From an uncultured archaeon (lineage in GTDB: Archaea > Thermoproteota > Nitrososphaeria_A > Caldarchaeales > Wolframiiraptoraceae), in assembly GCA_938083505.1 (NCBI GenBank), contig CALKCF010000007.1:32001-96000 (forward strand): a DNA stretch of 64,000 nucleotides, given 5' to 3'. Shown here piece by piece: positions 31,187 through 41,366 of the stretch. The position numbers and the translations under genes are program-made. Position 1 is the stretch's first letter. Each line of letters begins with the position of its first letter. The notes under the pieces are model-generated. The model searched no databases. It was not told the origin of the DNA and saw nothing but the letters and a program-made list of their open reading frames with translations.

Positions 31187-32148
31187 CAGATGCTTATCCT
31201 TGCTATGGCTTTTGAACGTAGTATGTCCATACCTATCCGTCCACTTGCCATGATGCCGTAGACTTCGTCCTTCATAGTCTCGTAACTGCTTATCGTTAAG
31301 TCACGTCTGATGAGTAGCACACCGGCTGCCTTCCTATCTATGACTAATGCTTTGTTATCTGGAACCGAGCTGCTGTTATCAACTATTAGCTCCAGTCCTA
31401 AGAAGTTGCCTAGCACACCCCTCTGCTTATCGATAGTCTCGCCGAAGTAAAAGCTATGTATGAACTTGTCATCCTTCCAAAGGTCGGCCTCCCTGGACGT
31501 GCTGACCAGTAAGCAATCTGGGTGGAACATCTCCTTCAATACAGCCTTCCTCGCGTTTACAACGTCCTCGTAACTAAGCCTTCCAGAATTGATAGTCGCT
31601 ATCTCCGAGTCTCCGGCGAGCTCATCTTCTGGTATCTGTGTGAACATGCTTATGACCTCCTCTGTCTCCAGCAGACCGACGGTCCTGCCCAGCTCCGCAG
31701 CTCATCTTTCTAACACAACCCATAGTGCATCTTTAAGGAACTTCATCGTCCATTCTGCCGCTGCCCTTGTCTCTAAGTCAGCTTTAACGTCTTGAACGTC
31801 ATACCTCTCACCGGTGATCCATACTTGGGCCAGCTCTGCACTTTTGTACGTCCTAGCCTTCTTCACCTTCAGAAACCTTATGACAGGGTCCGAGGTTCTT
31901 ATGACCTGAACAAAATGTCTGGCTATCAGGTTGGGCTGAGCCGCCTCGACCACAACATCGTGCATCCTCGCTACAGCTTCGAGTATGCTACTCGTTATAG
32001 ACTCGTAACCGGATGGGAAAAGCTCTGATATACGGGTAAATACGGGGTTTATCGAGAACTTTGGTAACACTTCGTTGATTTCGTCCCTAATCTTCGGATC
32101 GCTGTATAGGGCATCAAACTTTTTTGGTATAACATCCTGCCAGCCCAT
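31186..32148 (-). pseudogene. HK97-fold major capsid protein interrupted by one in-frame TGA (31702-31704)
   Basis: ORFs 31702..32148 and 31186..31647 are in frame (WVVLER*AAELGRTVG...), about 320 aa in total; C-terminal GNFLGLELIV...GRIGMDILRSKAIARI pattern. Confidence 0.78.
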
Positions 32149-32149
32149 A

Positions 32150-32579
32150 TCATTTCACCACGAGGATTCTACCAACATCTCCAGGAGCTGCGAAGTTATC
32201 AAGAGTTATGCCAAGCCTCCTTGCATAGTATATAGTGTATGCATCACTCCCACTTTCATCTACATTCTGGTCCGTTAGTGGAGGTACGCGTCGTGAAGCG
32301 TCCGCACCGTACACCGCCTGGTTTATGCTTATGGCTGCGACAGCCACGACCTTCACGATACCAAATACGCATGCTGGTACATAATCACCTTCATAGGTAT
32401 TCTCCAATGCTATTCCTATACAATTCGTCGAAGCTGTAGCTAGTACTATGGTATCTTGACCTACTAGGTATACGAGGGTCTCCTTTGGTTATTGTTGCAG
32501 TGGCCTTGAAGCTTAACACAACACCCTCATCCCTTGGAGAAATTAAGTCCCTAACGTTTAAATCAGGCCACGTATCCAT
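32150..32579 (-). pseudogene. Capsid decoration/cement protein (DUF2190-like), single frameshift near 32478
   Basis: Repaired reading ATATITKGDP/VYLVGQ...CIGIALE...FGIVKV...AAPGDVGRILV; directly upstream of the capsid gene. Confidence 0.65.
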
Positions 32580-32639
32580 TTCCGCTCAAAATAATTTGTA
32601 CAAATACTTTCCTAAAAATTAGGACATAAATTACGGAAC

Positions 32640-32897
32640 GTAAAAATAATTGTCACGTTTTTCACAGACAAAGCTAACCCAGACGTTCAGTAACTTCTCT
32701 ACCTTCTCGGTAAGCTCGTAAACTTTTGCACCAGCCCTTGCTTACCTATAAGTCATCATACCTTCGCTTACTGCGTAATCTAGTATACGCTTAAGTCTTT
32801 GATAATTAATGCCCAAAAATCGTCCAATTCTGTAAGGTGTCACACCGCCAGCGTTCGCCAACTCAAGTATTTTTACAAACTACTCTAACTCTCTCAT
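32640..32897 (-). pseudogene. Winged-helix DNA-binding protein with two internal stops
   Basis: Manual translation MRELE*FVKILELANAGGVTPYRIGRFLGINYQRLKRILDYAVSEGMMTYR*ARAGAKVYELTEK. Confidence 0.6.
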
Positions 32898-32972
32898 GCC
32901 AAATAATTTTCACAAAACTTAGTCATAAATTTTTTACATATATATTCGTTCCATTTTCATGATATTTTTAGA

Positions 32973-34240
32973 ATGGAATTTTTATCCACGTTAAAATTAA
33001 CATTTTTTGAAATGTTCCTAGGAAGATTAATCGGAAAGGTATGTATCAGACCAATAACAGAATCTGTACAGAATCCAACAATTTACGCAATGTCCGGAAC
33101 AGTTGGATATCCAATCGTTTCATTTAAGCGATACGTAGATTACTATCTGAGCGACCCGCTAATCATGAGTGCAGCAGATTACATAGAGCAGGCAGTCGCA
33201 GGCATGGGTGGTTACACGACAGCTGATCTTAACTTTGCGAAGTACAGCGTTGATGAATTCAATGCAAAAATAAACCTTGACGAGCTCCATCTAAAAATAG
33301 CTAAGTGGAAGACGCTATGCGGCAACTTCTTCTTGAAAAAGGTTTACGATGACTACCGACGCTGAGACAGTTAGAGACCCTGCTGCTCGCACGGCCGATA
33401 CTATCGAGCTAAGTGGTAAGGGCTTCACATTTACCAACACCGCACCCTTTGCCGGTACCATGAGTTCCACGTTCACAGACGTCCTAGATGGAACGATTTT
33501 GTGGTACAACCGCTTGCATAGAGGTCAACAGACCAGGCTCTCATCCAGAATCATCGTCCATTATAGGTGGAACGTGGTTGACGAGCATACTTTCAGCACG
33601 AGTTGGCTTACGTCGATGCTCACGAAGGGCGTAGAATTTGTGATAAAGGGCAAGGTCAGGAAGTGTGAGCCGTTCGTTAAACTGAAAGAGAAGCTTGACG
33701 ATGCTTTAATGAAACTTGCTATAAAGGTGATACCGCGGCACGTTTACGTGTTTCCAGCGATGCCCCTCAACTTCCTGAAAGAGGCCCAATCATAGTTAGA
33801 GAAACTTGAACCAGAACAGAACTTCTTAACAAACAGCAAAGAGTTTAAGGTAAGGGAGGTGGGCGTCTCTTCTAGGGCGGTCTTAGAGTTCTTCTGGAAA
33901 AATATATTTGACCAATTCATAATGGGAACGCAGACGCATCATGTAAAGCTATTCACAACTCCTGAATTTACAGAGGCTTCTGCGAAAGTAGCTGATGCGG
34001 CGATGGAAAGGAAGCTCGTGGGGATTAGGAGGTCCATCAAGCGGTAACTAAGCGCGAGATATTCGACGAAACTGGGGCCTAAAAGAAGGGCCGAAGATAG
34101 ATATAGAACACCTCATAAAGTTTGCCAAGCTTCTAACACATGGTGTATAAGTCGTCAGACTTGATGAGTTATGGAAAATGCTGAAGAAGTTCGGATTCAT
34201 GCTAACCGAAGAGCCTAAGAAAGAGGAGGCAGTGAAGTAG
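32973..34240 (+). pseudogene. Portal protein, fragmented
   Basis: YLSDPLIMSAA...GMG, INLDEL...CGNFF, IVHYRWN, TEASA and NWG...DE segments across several frames and stops. Confidence 0.65.
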
Positions 34241-34241
34241 A

Positions 34242-35063
34242 ATGTCATGGGGAGGAAACTGAAGAATACATAAGGAGCGGTCATAGAAACACGGAAGAGT
34301 TTGAAGAAGGAACCTTCAGGACTGTAGACGTAGACCCAGAGCTGGGAATAAAGGCCATAATTGCCAAGCCAAAGGGAAAGGACAGTATGGAAGTCCAGAA
34401 TTACCTCTTCTCGAAATCTAAGGGTTGGACGCTCGAGAAAGCCGAGGAGCAAATTGATAAGCATGTCGCTAGTGCCGAGTCGTTCAAATGGACCCTTAAC
34501 GCATTCAAGGTTTACAAGGATTTAACAGAGTCAAAGGGTGCTAAGGTCTGGAAGGTCAGAGCGCTACATGTCGAAAAGACTAAGAATGGTACGCTTTTAC
34601 CGAGGAGGAGCTGAGGCTGGCGGCTAGGAGCCTTGCTATGAGACCTGTGAATATAAACTACTCGAAGATGCTACACTTTCCAGAGAATTTTGTGATTACT
34701 GCCGATTATGAGAACGGTGTTGTCGAAGCGCTTATCTGGATATCGGACCCGAACGCGAATCGAATGATAGAATTAGGCGAGAATAAGCGGGGCAAGCGTG
34801 GAGTGGGTAGCAATGAACGCATTACCTGTCAATGACATAAAGCCAAGAGGTCTTGTTTTACAGGTTTGGCACTACTCACAAAAAATGTAGAACCAGGCGA
34901 CCCGCTCGCAAGGATAATTAGGGAAGAATATGTTAAAGCAACCAAGGTTGGTTATGAGTGCTTGCTAAAGAGCCCTGTTGCTAGGGCTATCCTGTCGAAA
35001 TATGGATGTCCTAAATTGACAACGCTTTGTAGAAGAATTTCACAAAACATGGTCAAATATTAA
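34242..35063 (+). pseudogene. Prohead protease/scaffold-like viral gene, fragmented
   Basis: MSW/EETEEYIRSGHR...FRT...GIKA...EVQNYLF...GWTLEKA, then KNG..EEL..AARSL..RPVNIN; follows the portal gene. Confidence 0.55.
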
Positions 35064-35071
35064 AAGGTTGA

Positions 35072-35189
35072 TAGCCCGGGCCGGATTCGAACCGGCGTCC
35101 GCGGGGCTCTCCTCCATCGATAAGATCCAGAGCCCGCGATCCTTAGCCCAGTATCTGACCGAGTGTTTTGGCCGCTAGACGACCGGGCT
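35072..35189 (-). tRNA. tRNA-Gln(CTG) with two introns (21/22: 35143-35167; 37/38: 35107-35126)
   Basis: Spliced 73-nt cloverleaf AGCCCGG TC GTCT AGCGGCCAA GGAT C GCGGG CTCTGGC CCCGC GGAC GCCGG TTCGAAT CCGGC CCGGGCT A; A1-U72 pair; BHB-type motifs at both introns; CCA not encoded. Confidence 0.93.
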
Positions 35190-35229
35190 ATCAAAATAGA
35201 AATTTTCCTCGTCCTATTTCAGTTTTCCG

Positions 35230-35847
35230 TCACACCGTCTTCTTAAATATCGGTAATATACCAAGATGAACGACATCGTCCCGCTTAATGCCCTCCAAGA
35301 GTATCGCCACCTTCTTCTCAACAATTCCGCCGACCTTTATAACAATCTCTTCCATGGCATTTAGAGTCTGACCAGTGCTAACTATATCATCTATTATGCC
35401 AACCCTCTTCCTAGCAATCCTTTCTTTGTATCTTCCGTCTATACAAAGAATCAACTCCTTATTGGACGTGATGGGTTTGTAAGACACGAATACTGGGTCA
35501 TGCATGAATTGTTTAATCTCTTTCCTGCAAACCACGTAAAAGCTGTGGTTTAACATGTTTGCCAGTTCATGAACGAGCGCTATGCCTTTGCTCTCGGACG
35601 TCATGAGAACATCGCACGTTAATAGATGTTTATAAAGCTCTTTAGCACAATGGTTTATGAATTCTTTATCGCCTAAGCTGTCAAAGTATGCAATCCAGGT
35701 GTCTGGAGATACTTGGACAAGGGGTAACCTTCTCTTGAACCCTTTTATCTCTAGCTCGTAGTATTCTTGCCCTTCATATTTCAACATATACGCCAATTCT
35801 TCCACCAGTTGTTTCTGAGGAATGTATGTGTATAATAAATTTTTCAA
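35230..35847 (-). CDS. Purine (adenine) phosphoribosyltransferase-like protein
   Basis: ESKGI, RK, VGIIDDIVSTGQT PRPP motif. Confidence 0.85.
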   Translation of the reverse strand: MKNLLYTYIPQKQLVEELAYMLKYEGQEYYELEIKGFKRRLPLVQVSPDTWIAYFDSLGDKEFINHCAKELYKHLLTCDVLMTSESKGIALVHELANMLNHSFYVVCRKEIKQFMHDPVFVSYKPITSNKELILCIDGRYKERIARKRVGIIDDIVSTGQTLNAMEEIVIKVGGIVEKKVAILLEGIKRDDVVHLGILPIFKKTV

Positions 35848-35985
35848 GTAGGTCCCCGCCGCACACGATTTTCATACAGATAATCAAAATGGGTAAACAG
35901 ATTCCTCTATTGAGTACGTAAACGTGATGTAAGAATTATTTGTCTGTCTATGTAAACCTAACGGTTATAGCTCTGAATCAAAGCT

Positions 35986-37185
35986 GTGTGCCCCTTGATG
36001 GGAAATTATTCAGCGATCTTAAGCACAGATATACCTGACTCTTGGAAGTACGCAGGCGACGGCTGGGGCTCGAGCCTTCATAAGATATGTTCCAGAACCG
36101 GCTCGTTCCCTCCTGCCCTTGCCCACTATTTTGTAAAAAGGTACTCTAAATACGGTGACACAGTCCTTGACCCATTCTCCGGAAAGGGAACGGTACCACT
36201 CGAGGCATGCCTGAACGGAAGAATAGGTATAGGCAATGACCTGGCACCAGAAGCATACGTTATAACGAGAGCAAAGGTGAATCCAGTTACTTTGGATGAT
36301 GTAAAGGAATGGATATATAAGACAAGGGAAAAATGGAACCCAGAAAGCTACGACGTTGACGAAGTAAGCAATGATGTTCGCATATTTTTCAGCAAATATA
36401 CACTAAAGCAGATATTAGCAATAAGGGACATGTTGATGGATGACGACTCAGACCTTGTAAACTTTATAAAGGCACTCATGTGCGGAATACTCCACGGCCC
36501 CACTAGGATGCATCTAAGCATACCGTGCTCCCACGCCTTTTCGATGTCCCCAAAATATATACGGCGTTTTGTTAAAAAGAATGGCTTAAAGAAGCCCAAG
36601 AGGGATGTGCTAAAATGTCTACTTACAAAGGCTGAGAGGGTTCTAGCGGATGGTCTGCCGAGGGTTAGGGGCATAGCGACGTTAGAGGATGCTAGGAGGC
36701 TACCGCTTGAGGATGAGAGTGTCAACCTGATAGTTACGTCACCGCCCTACTTTAACATGCAGACTTATGCTTGGGACAACTGGCTGAGGTTGTGGTTTTT
36801 GGGATACGACTATTTAGAGGTGAAGAGTAAGTTATTCCAGTCAGAATCGAAGCAGAAGTTTAAAGCTTTTATGTTCGAATCCTTGAGGGAAATGTTTAGG
36901 GTATTAAAGGATAACTCAGCCTGCTTCGTAGTTGTTGGTGACGTGAAGCTGAACGGCCACTACATCAATATGGCAGATATGATAGCGCCGATAGCAGAAA
37001 GCATAGGCTTTACGGTTGCTAGGCTGATTTCAGACTCCATACCGAAGTCGAACAAGCACCTCATGTACATAAAAGTGGATGAAGGTGTTAGCCAGGAGAG
37101 AATACTTGAACTTCATAAAGGTAATCCCGTACTGAACAACGAGCCTGTTGCTTGGGCCAAGGTGCCCGCGGAGGTTTTTGTATGA
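35986..37185 (+). CDS. Amino DNA methyltransferase, probably N4-cytosine (alpha motif order)
   Basis: VLDPFSGKGT (motif I), then TSPPY (motif IV), EMFRVLK. Confidence 0.9.
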   Translation: MCPLMGNYSAILSTDIPDSWKYAGDGWGSSLHKICSRTGSFPPALAHYFVKRYSKYGDTVLDPFSGKGTVPLEACLNGRIGIGNDLAPEAYVITRAKVNPVTLDDVKEWIYKTREKWNPESYDVDEVSNDVRIFFSKYTLKQILAIRDMLMDDDSDLVNFIKALMCGILHGPTRMHLSIPCSHAFSMSPKYIRRFVKKNGLKKPKRDVLKCLLTKAERVLADGLPRVRGIATLEDARRLPLEDESVNLIVTSPPYFNMQTYAWDNWLRLWFLGYDYLEVKSKLFQSESKQKFKAFMFESLREMFRVLKDNSACFVVVGDVKLNGHYINMADMIAPIAESIGFTVARLISDSIPKSNKHLMYIKVDEGVSQERILELHKGNPVLNNEPVAWAKVPAEVFV

Positions 37186-38279
37186 TTCTGGAAACGCATG
37201 GGGATGTTTGCAGGCTGGGTTACATGAGGCTCATAGCATGTCTAGCTGAGGATGACACACCAAAGAGCTTCGATTTCTTGGCATCCATACTTTACGACTT
37301 CGTGCACAGAATCGGGCCGCCGCAACTTCCAATAAAACCCGTAGGCATAATAACTAGGCCTGTAAACGCAAGGAATTACGTCTCAGTTGCTGCGGAGATG
37401 AACATACTGAATAGGAAAACTCAAACTTTAGGAGATGTTGGCAAGCTTTACGTGAGACTCGACTCAGCCGCTAAGTTTCTTGCTGAAAACAGACAAATTA
37501 CGCATGAAGAACTTTTGACACTAAATTCAGTTGAGAAAGTGTTGTTGTTCGTTACTTTAATCTTTGCAGACTTTCCGTTTTTATTGAATGTTATAATTTG
37601 GGCTTTAGAGCGTGAAGAGTTCACGAGAATGGAGGCGATGAACCACATGATGGAGGAGCTCTACCCTTCTGCTCTGAAGAACATTCTAACAAAGGTTGAT
37701 GCGAGGAAGAGGAGCCTGATAGAGAAGGATATAACTGAAGCGGAAAACTTCAGGACGAATAGGCTAAGCCTAAAGAATAAGAACGAATGGATAAAGAGCA
37801 GCCAGTACGCTAAATATAGACACATAGCCCCACCCAGATTGGAATGGCTTGTAGATCTTGGGATTCTCAAAAGAGCTGGTAGGGGTAAGTATTCCGCAGA
37901 TGAAGCATTCGTTAAATGTAAAGAGATGTTTGAGGGTTACTCTAAAGGTCCCATGAAGAGAATTGAGGAAGATATCATAAACGACATCGCACCGCTCTTG
38001 ATTCCCGGCTTGGTGAAAGCTAGTAGGCTTGATGTGGCGAACATGATAATCGAGGCCTACAGGAGGTTTGCAGGTAGGGATAATGCTGTAAGTCTTACCA
38101 TGCTAGAAAGGCTTTGCGTTTTCCTTTTATTAGAAAGGAAACTACTCTCAGCACCAAGTATGGTTCATGATGTATTCAACAACTTAGCCGTCAGATTTCC
38201 GGATAAGATGTTCGTACAAAAGGGGAAAACGGGCGGCGTAGAGGTTGTCATGATGAACATATCACCATCTGACCTATAA
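37182..38279 (+). CDS. Hypothetical protein translationally coupled to the methyltransferase; probable winged-helix domains
   Basis: ATGA overlap at 37182-37185; PRLEWLVDLGILKRAGRGKY helix-wing pattern. Confidence 0.7.
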   Translation: MILETHGDVCRLGYMRLIACLAEDDTPKSFDFLASILYDFVHRIGPPQLPIKPVGIITRPVNARNYVSVAAEMNILNRKTQTLGDVGKLYVRLDSAAKFLAENRQITHEELLTLNSVEKVLLFVTLIFADFPFLLNVIIWALEREEFTRMEAMNHMMEELYPSALKNILTKVDARKRSLIEKDITEAENFRTNRLSLKNKNEWIKSSQYAKYRHIAPPRLEWLVDLGILKRAGRGKYSADEAFVKCKEMFEGYSKGPMKRIEEDIINDIAPLLIPGLVKASRLDVANMIIEAYRRFAGRDNAVSLTMLERLCVFLLLERKLLSAPSMVHDVFNNLAVRFPDKMFVQKGKTGGVEVVMMNISPSDL

Positions 38280-38381
38280 CACTGATGTTTTAGTGAGGGG
38301 TTAGAAGTAAATCCAAGACACGAAAAAGACTTATAACACTTAGCGATACACCTACGTTCCGATCTGGAGGGATGCGCGGAT

Positions 38382-39593
38382 TTGGATTTCGATTTTTCTG
38401 AGGAACAGGAACTCTTTAGAAAATCCCTCAGGGAATATTGTCAAAAGAACTTGGCCCCAAGAGTTTTGGAGATAGAAGAGGACGGTAGGATACCCAATGA
38501 TATAATCGAAGGTTTGGCAAACATAGGGGTACTTGTAATGACTGCATCATTAGAAAAAGGCGGTGCAGGTGCGGATGCCGTGACTGCAGGCATAGCAGGC
38601 GAGGAGATAGGTAGGGCTGACATATCCTGCGCCACGGCTGTCTTCTACCTAGTTCCAGCAGCATGGGGCTACATATTCGATAAGTATGGAGATCCCGAAC
38701 TTTCGAAGAAAGTCCTTTCAAAAGTTGCAAAAGGTAAGGCATTCATCGGAATAGCGACCACCGAGCCAGCAGCAGGTTCGGATCTTGCCAACATAAGGAT
38801 GACCGCCGTAAAGAAGGGTAGCACGTACATTCTCAATGGTGAGAAGCTGTACACATCTGGTGTGAGAGAGGTGATGGAATTCCTGCCCGAAGGTGGTGGC
38901 TTCCTCACTTTGGCAAAGACGGACCCGTCTAAAGGAACAAGGGGCATGTCGCTGTTCTACGTACCGCTAAAGGAAGTTTCCGGAGAAGTTAGCATTACTT
39001 ACCTCAAAGAGATGGGGAGGAAGGGTATATCGACCGGTGGTTTTTCATTAAAAGATGTAGAGATTCCCGAGGAGAATATGATAGGGTCGGAGAACAGAGG
39101 GTTCTACATCTGCATGGAGGGCTTTGACTTTGCTAGGTCAATAATCTCAGTAGTCTGCTGCGGTGTAGCCATGTCAGCCCTTGAGATGGTGATGGACTAC
39201 ATAAAGCAAAGGGACGTATTCGGCAACCCGTTGGCTAAATATGAAGGTGTACAGTTTAAGCTGGCGGAAAATTATGCAAAGCTGGACGCCGTGAGACTTT
39301 TGGGATACAAAGCATTATGGATGTTCGACAAGGAGCAGAAGGAGGGGAAGTTCACGAGGTTTGAGGTTACTAGGGTGGCGGCGGAGGCCAAGATGTTAGC
39401 ACCGTGGGTAGCGTTCGAGGCGATAAACGACGCCATGCAGTGGTACGGGGCATATGGTTACATGGCCGAGTGCCCACTTCAGATAGCATTAAGGGGTATA
39501 AGGTCGTACATGTGGGCCGAGGGGGCGACTGAGATAATGAAGATAATAGTGGCAAGGGAGCTGCTTGGCAGAGAGTACACAGCCTACAGGTAA
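38382..39593 (+). CDS. Acyl-CoA dehydrogenase
   Basis: TEPAAGSD, LNGEK, R-x-VFG, GAYGY, EGATEI. Confidence 0.95.
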   Translation: MDFDFSEEQELFRKSLREYCQKNLAPRVLEIEEDGRIPNDIIEGLANIGVLVMTASLEKGGAGADAVTAGIAGEEIGRADISCATAVFYLVPAAWGYIFDKYGDPELSKKVLSKVAKGKAFIGIATTEPAAGSDLANIRMTAVKKGSTYILNGEKLYTSGVREVMEFLPEGGGFLTLAKTDPSKGTRGMSLFYVPLKEVSGEVSITYLKEMGRKGISTGGFSLKDVEIPEENMIGSENRGFYICMEGFDFARSIISVVCCGVAMSALEMVMDYIKQRDVFGNPLAKYEGVQFKLAENYAKLDAVRLLGYKALWMFDKEQKEGKFTRFEVTRVAAEAKMLAPWVAFEAINDAMQWYGAYGYMAECPLQIALRGIRSYMWAEGATEIMKIIVARELLGREYTAYR

Positions 39594-39608
39594 AGTTAAG
39601 GATAAGGG

Positions 39609-40271
39609 TTGGATAAGGAAACTTTTGTTAGCATCATTAAATTATTATCTGAGCACTATTGTGTTCAGTCTCCTGGACATCTAAATGTGCCGGACCCATT
39701 CAAGGTACTCATAGGTACAATACTTTCACAAAGGACCCGTGATAAGGTGACGGACTTAGCCTTCAGCAGGTTCTTCTCGAAGTATAAGAATGTCGAGGAA
39801 GTTGCAAAAGCACCGCTTAATGATATAATACGTTTGATAAAACCCGTGGGTTTTTACAGACAGAAGGCTAAGAGGATAAAGAAGGTTACAAAAATAATAC
39901 TTGAACGCTACGGCGGACGAGTGCCAAGAAATAGAGAGCTCCTCATCGAACTTCCGGGCGTAGGTTACAAGACGGCCGATATCGTGTTATCACTCGCCTA
40001 CAACGAGCCGGTCGTGGCAGTAGATACGCATGTTGAGACAATCTCCAAGAGGCTTGGAATAGCTAGGTGGAACGCAAAGTACGAAGAGGTAAGAAAGAGT
40101 ATAGAGAGCGTCACACCACCGCATCTAAGAAGGATCGTAAACGGTGTGCTGGTTAAGTTTGGAAAGGAAATCTGTAAGAAACCGAGGCCGAAGTGCGAAC
40201 TCTGTCCTATAAAAGTTCATTGCGAATGGTATAAAAGTAGGCACCCACTAACTAACCTCAAAACTGCATAA
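39609..40271 (+). CDS. nth: Endonuclease III
   Basis: LSQRT, LPGVGYKTA, VDTHV, CX6CX2CX5C. Confidence 0.95.
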   Translation: MDKETFVSIIKLLSEHYCVQSPGHLNVPDPFKVLIGTILSQRTRDKVTDLAFSRFFSKYKNVEEVAKAPLNDIIRLIKPVGFYRQKAKRIKKVTKIILERYGGRVPRNRELLIELPGVGYKTADIVLSLAYNEPVVAVDTHVETISKRLGIARWNAKYEEVRKSIESVTPPHLRRIVNGVLVKFGKEICKKPRPKCELCPIKVHCEWYKSRHPLTNLKTA

Positions 40272-40350
40272 ATTGCATGGATATTCAAGATATTAACATA
40301 ATTTGCCATCAAAGATATGTTTTAAGCTAACACGTTCTTTAGTCTATAAA

Positions 40351-41364
40351 ATGATGAGACGGCTAAACATACTGATAATTGCAGTAGCCATTCTCGTAGC
40401 ACTCACAATTGGAATTTTCTCTTTTTACATACCTAAGGAAGAGACTAAATATAGCATCAAGATAGGCAACGTACCAGCAATAACATACGCACCGACTTAC
40501 ATAGCGATTAGTCTCTTCATGGACGATGTAGGTATAAATGCAACTTACGTAGCGTTCCCGAGCGGAACGAAGGCAAGAGAGGCTCTCATAACTGGCGAGA
40601 TAGACTTTGCCTCACTATCAACAGTACATGTGCCTATAGCTAGACTTAAGGACAGGCCGTTGAAGATAATAATGTCGTTACACTCTCGGGAGATATTTTC
40701 ATTAATGGTCAGGTCGGAGCTGAAGGGTGTTGTCAAAGAGGTTAAAGACTTGAAAGGTTTAAAGTTAGGCTTCTCAGCACCGGGCGCTGGAAGTTGGGCA
40801 TTTGCCGTTTACCTATTAAGAAAAGCCGGACTCGAGCCCGGAAAGGACGTGGAAATGGTAGCCGTCGGAGAACTTTCAACAATGTACTCGGCTCTAAAGG
40901 TCGGTAAGGTTGATGCGGTCGTAGCATGGGACCCGTTGACGACACAGTTGATGGAAACTGGTGAGGCTTACGCGCTAATCGATCTTTATGACGCAAAACA
41001 ACACACGGAGTTATTAGGTGAAGAAGCGATGTCTCAAGTATTGGTTACTAGGGAGGACATGATATCCAAGAACCCTGAACTGGTCGAGAGGGTCGTTAAG
41101 GCCCATAAGATGGCGTTAGAGTTCATAAAAAAAGAAGATGCTAAGAAGGTGGCTGAAGTTCTTCAGCCATACTTCAAAGGTATGGACATAGCACTTCTTG
41201 AGAAGGTTGTGAACAGGATAAAGGAAGTCATACCCGAAGATGGTAGCTTAAGCGAGTCGGCCTATTATGCTGATATCATGCCGTTAATCGAGACCGGCGT
41301 TCTTGAGAGGAGCGTAAGCTTTGAGGAAGCCGTAGATTGGAGGTTCGTCGGTAGGAGACCGTAA
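40351..41364 (+). CDS. ABC transporter substrate-binding protein (NitT/TauT family)
   Basis: N-terminal anchor; DLKGLKLG, GKVDA motifs. Confidence 0.88.
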   Translation: MMRRLNILIIAVAILVALTIGIFSFYIPKEETKYSIKIGNVPAITYAPTYIAISLFMDDVGINATYVAFPSGTKAREALITGEIDFASLSTVHVPIARLKDRPLKIIMSLHSREIFSLMVRSELKGVVKEVKDLKGLKLGFSAPGAGSWAFAVYLLRKAGLEPGKDVEMVAVGELSTMYSALKVGKVDAVVAWDPLTTQLMETGEAYALIDLYDAKQHTELLGEEAMSQVLVTREDMISKNPELVERVVKAHKMALEFIKKEDAKKVAEVLQPYFKGMDIALLEKVVNRIKEVIPEDGSLSESAYYADIMPLIETGVLERSVSFEEAVDWRFVGRRP

Positions 41365-41366
41365 TT

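Larger units (their letters stand above)
30944..35063. mobile_element. Degraded provirus remnant (Caudoviricetes head module) adjacent to the tRNA-Gln 3' end
   Basis: Pseudogenised capsid, decoration, wHTH, portal and protease genes; no integrase or second att site seen. Confidence 0.8.

Noticed and set aside
31702-31704. In-frame TGA in the capsid gene as selenocysteine or programmed readthrough
   Set aside because: Not a Cys-type position, no SECIS recognised, and neighbouring viral genes are plainly pseudogenised.
34048-34464. 138-aa hydrophobic minus-strand ORF in the provirus
   Set aside because: Antisense to the purine-rich portal end and protease start, which carry the recognisable motifs.
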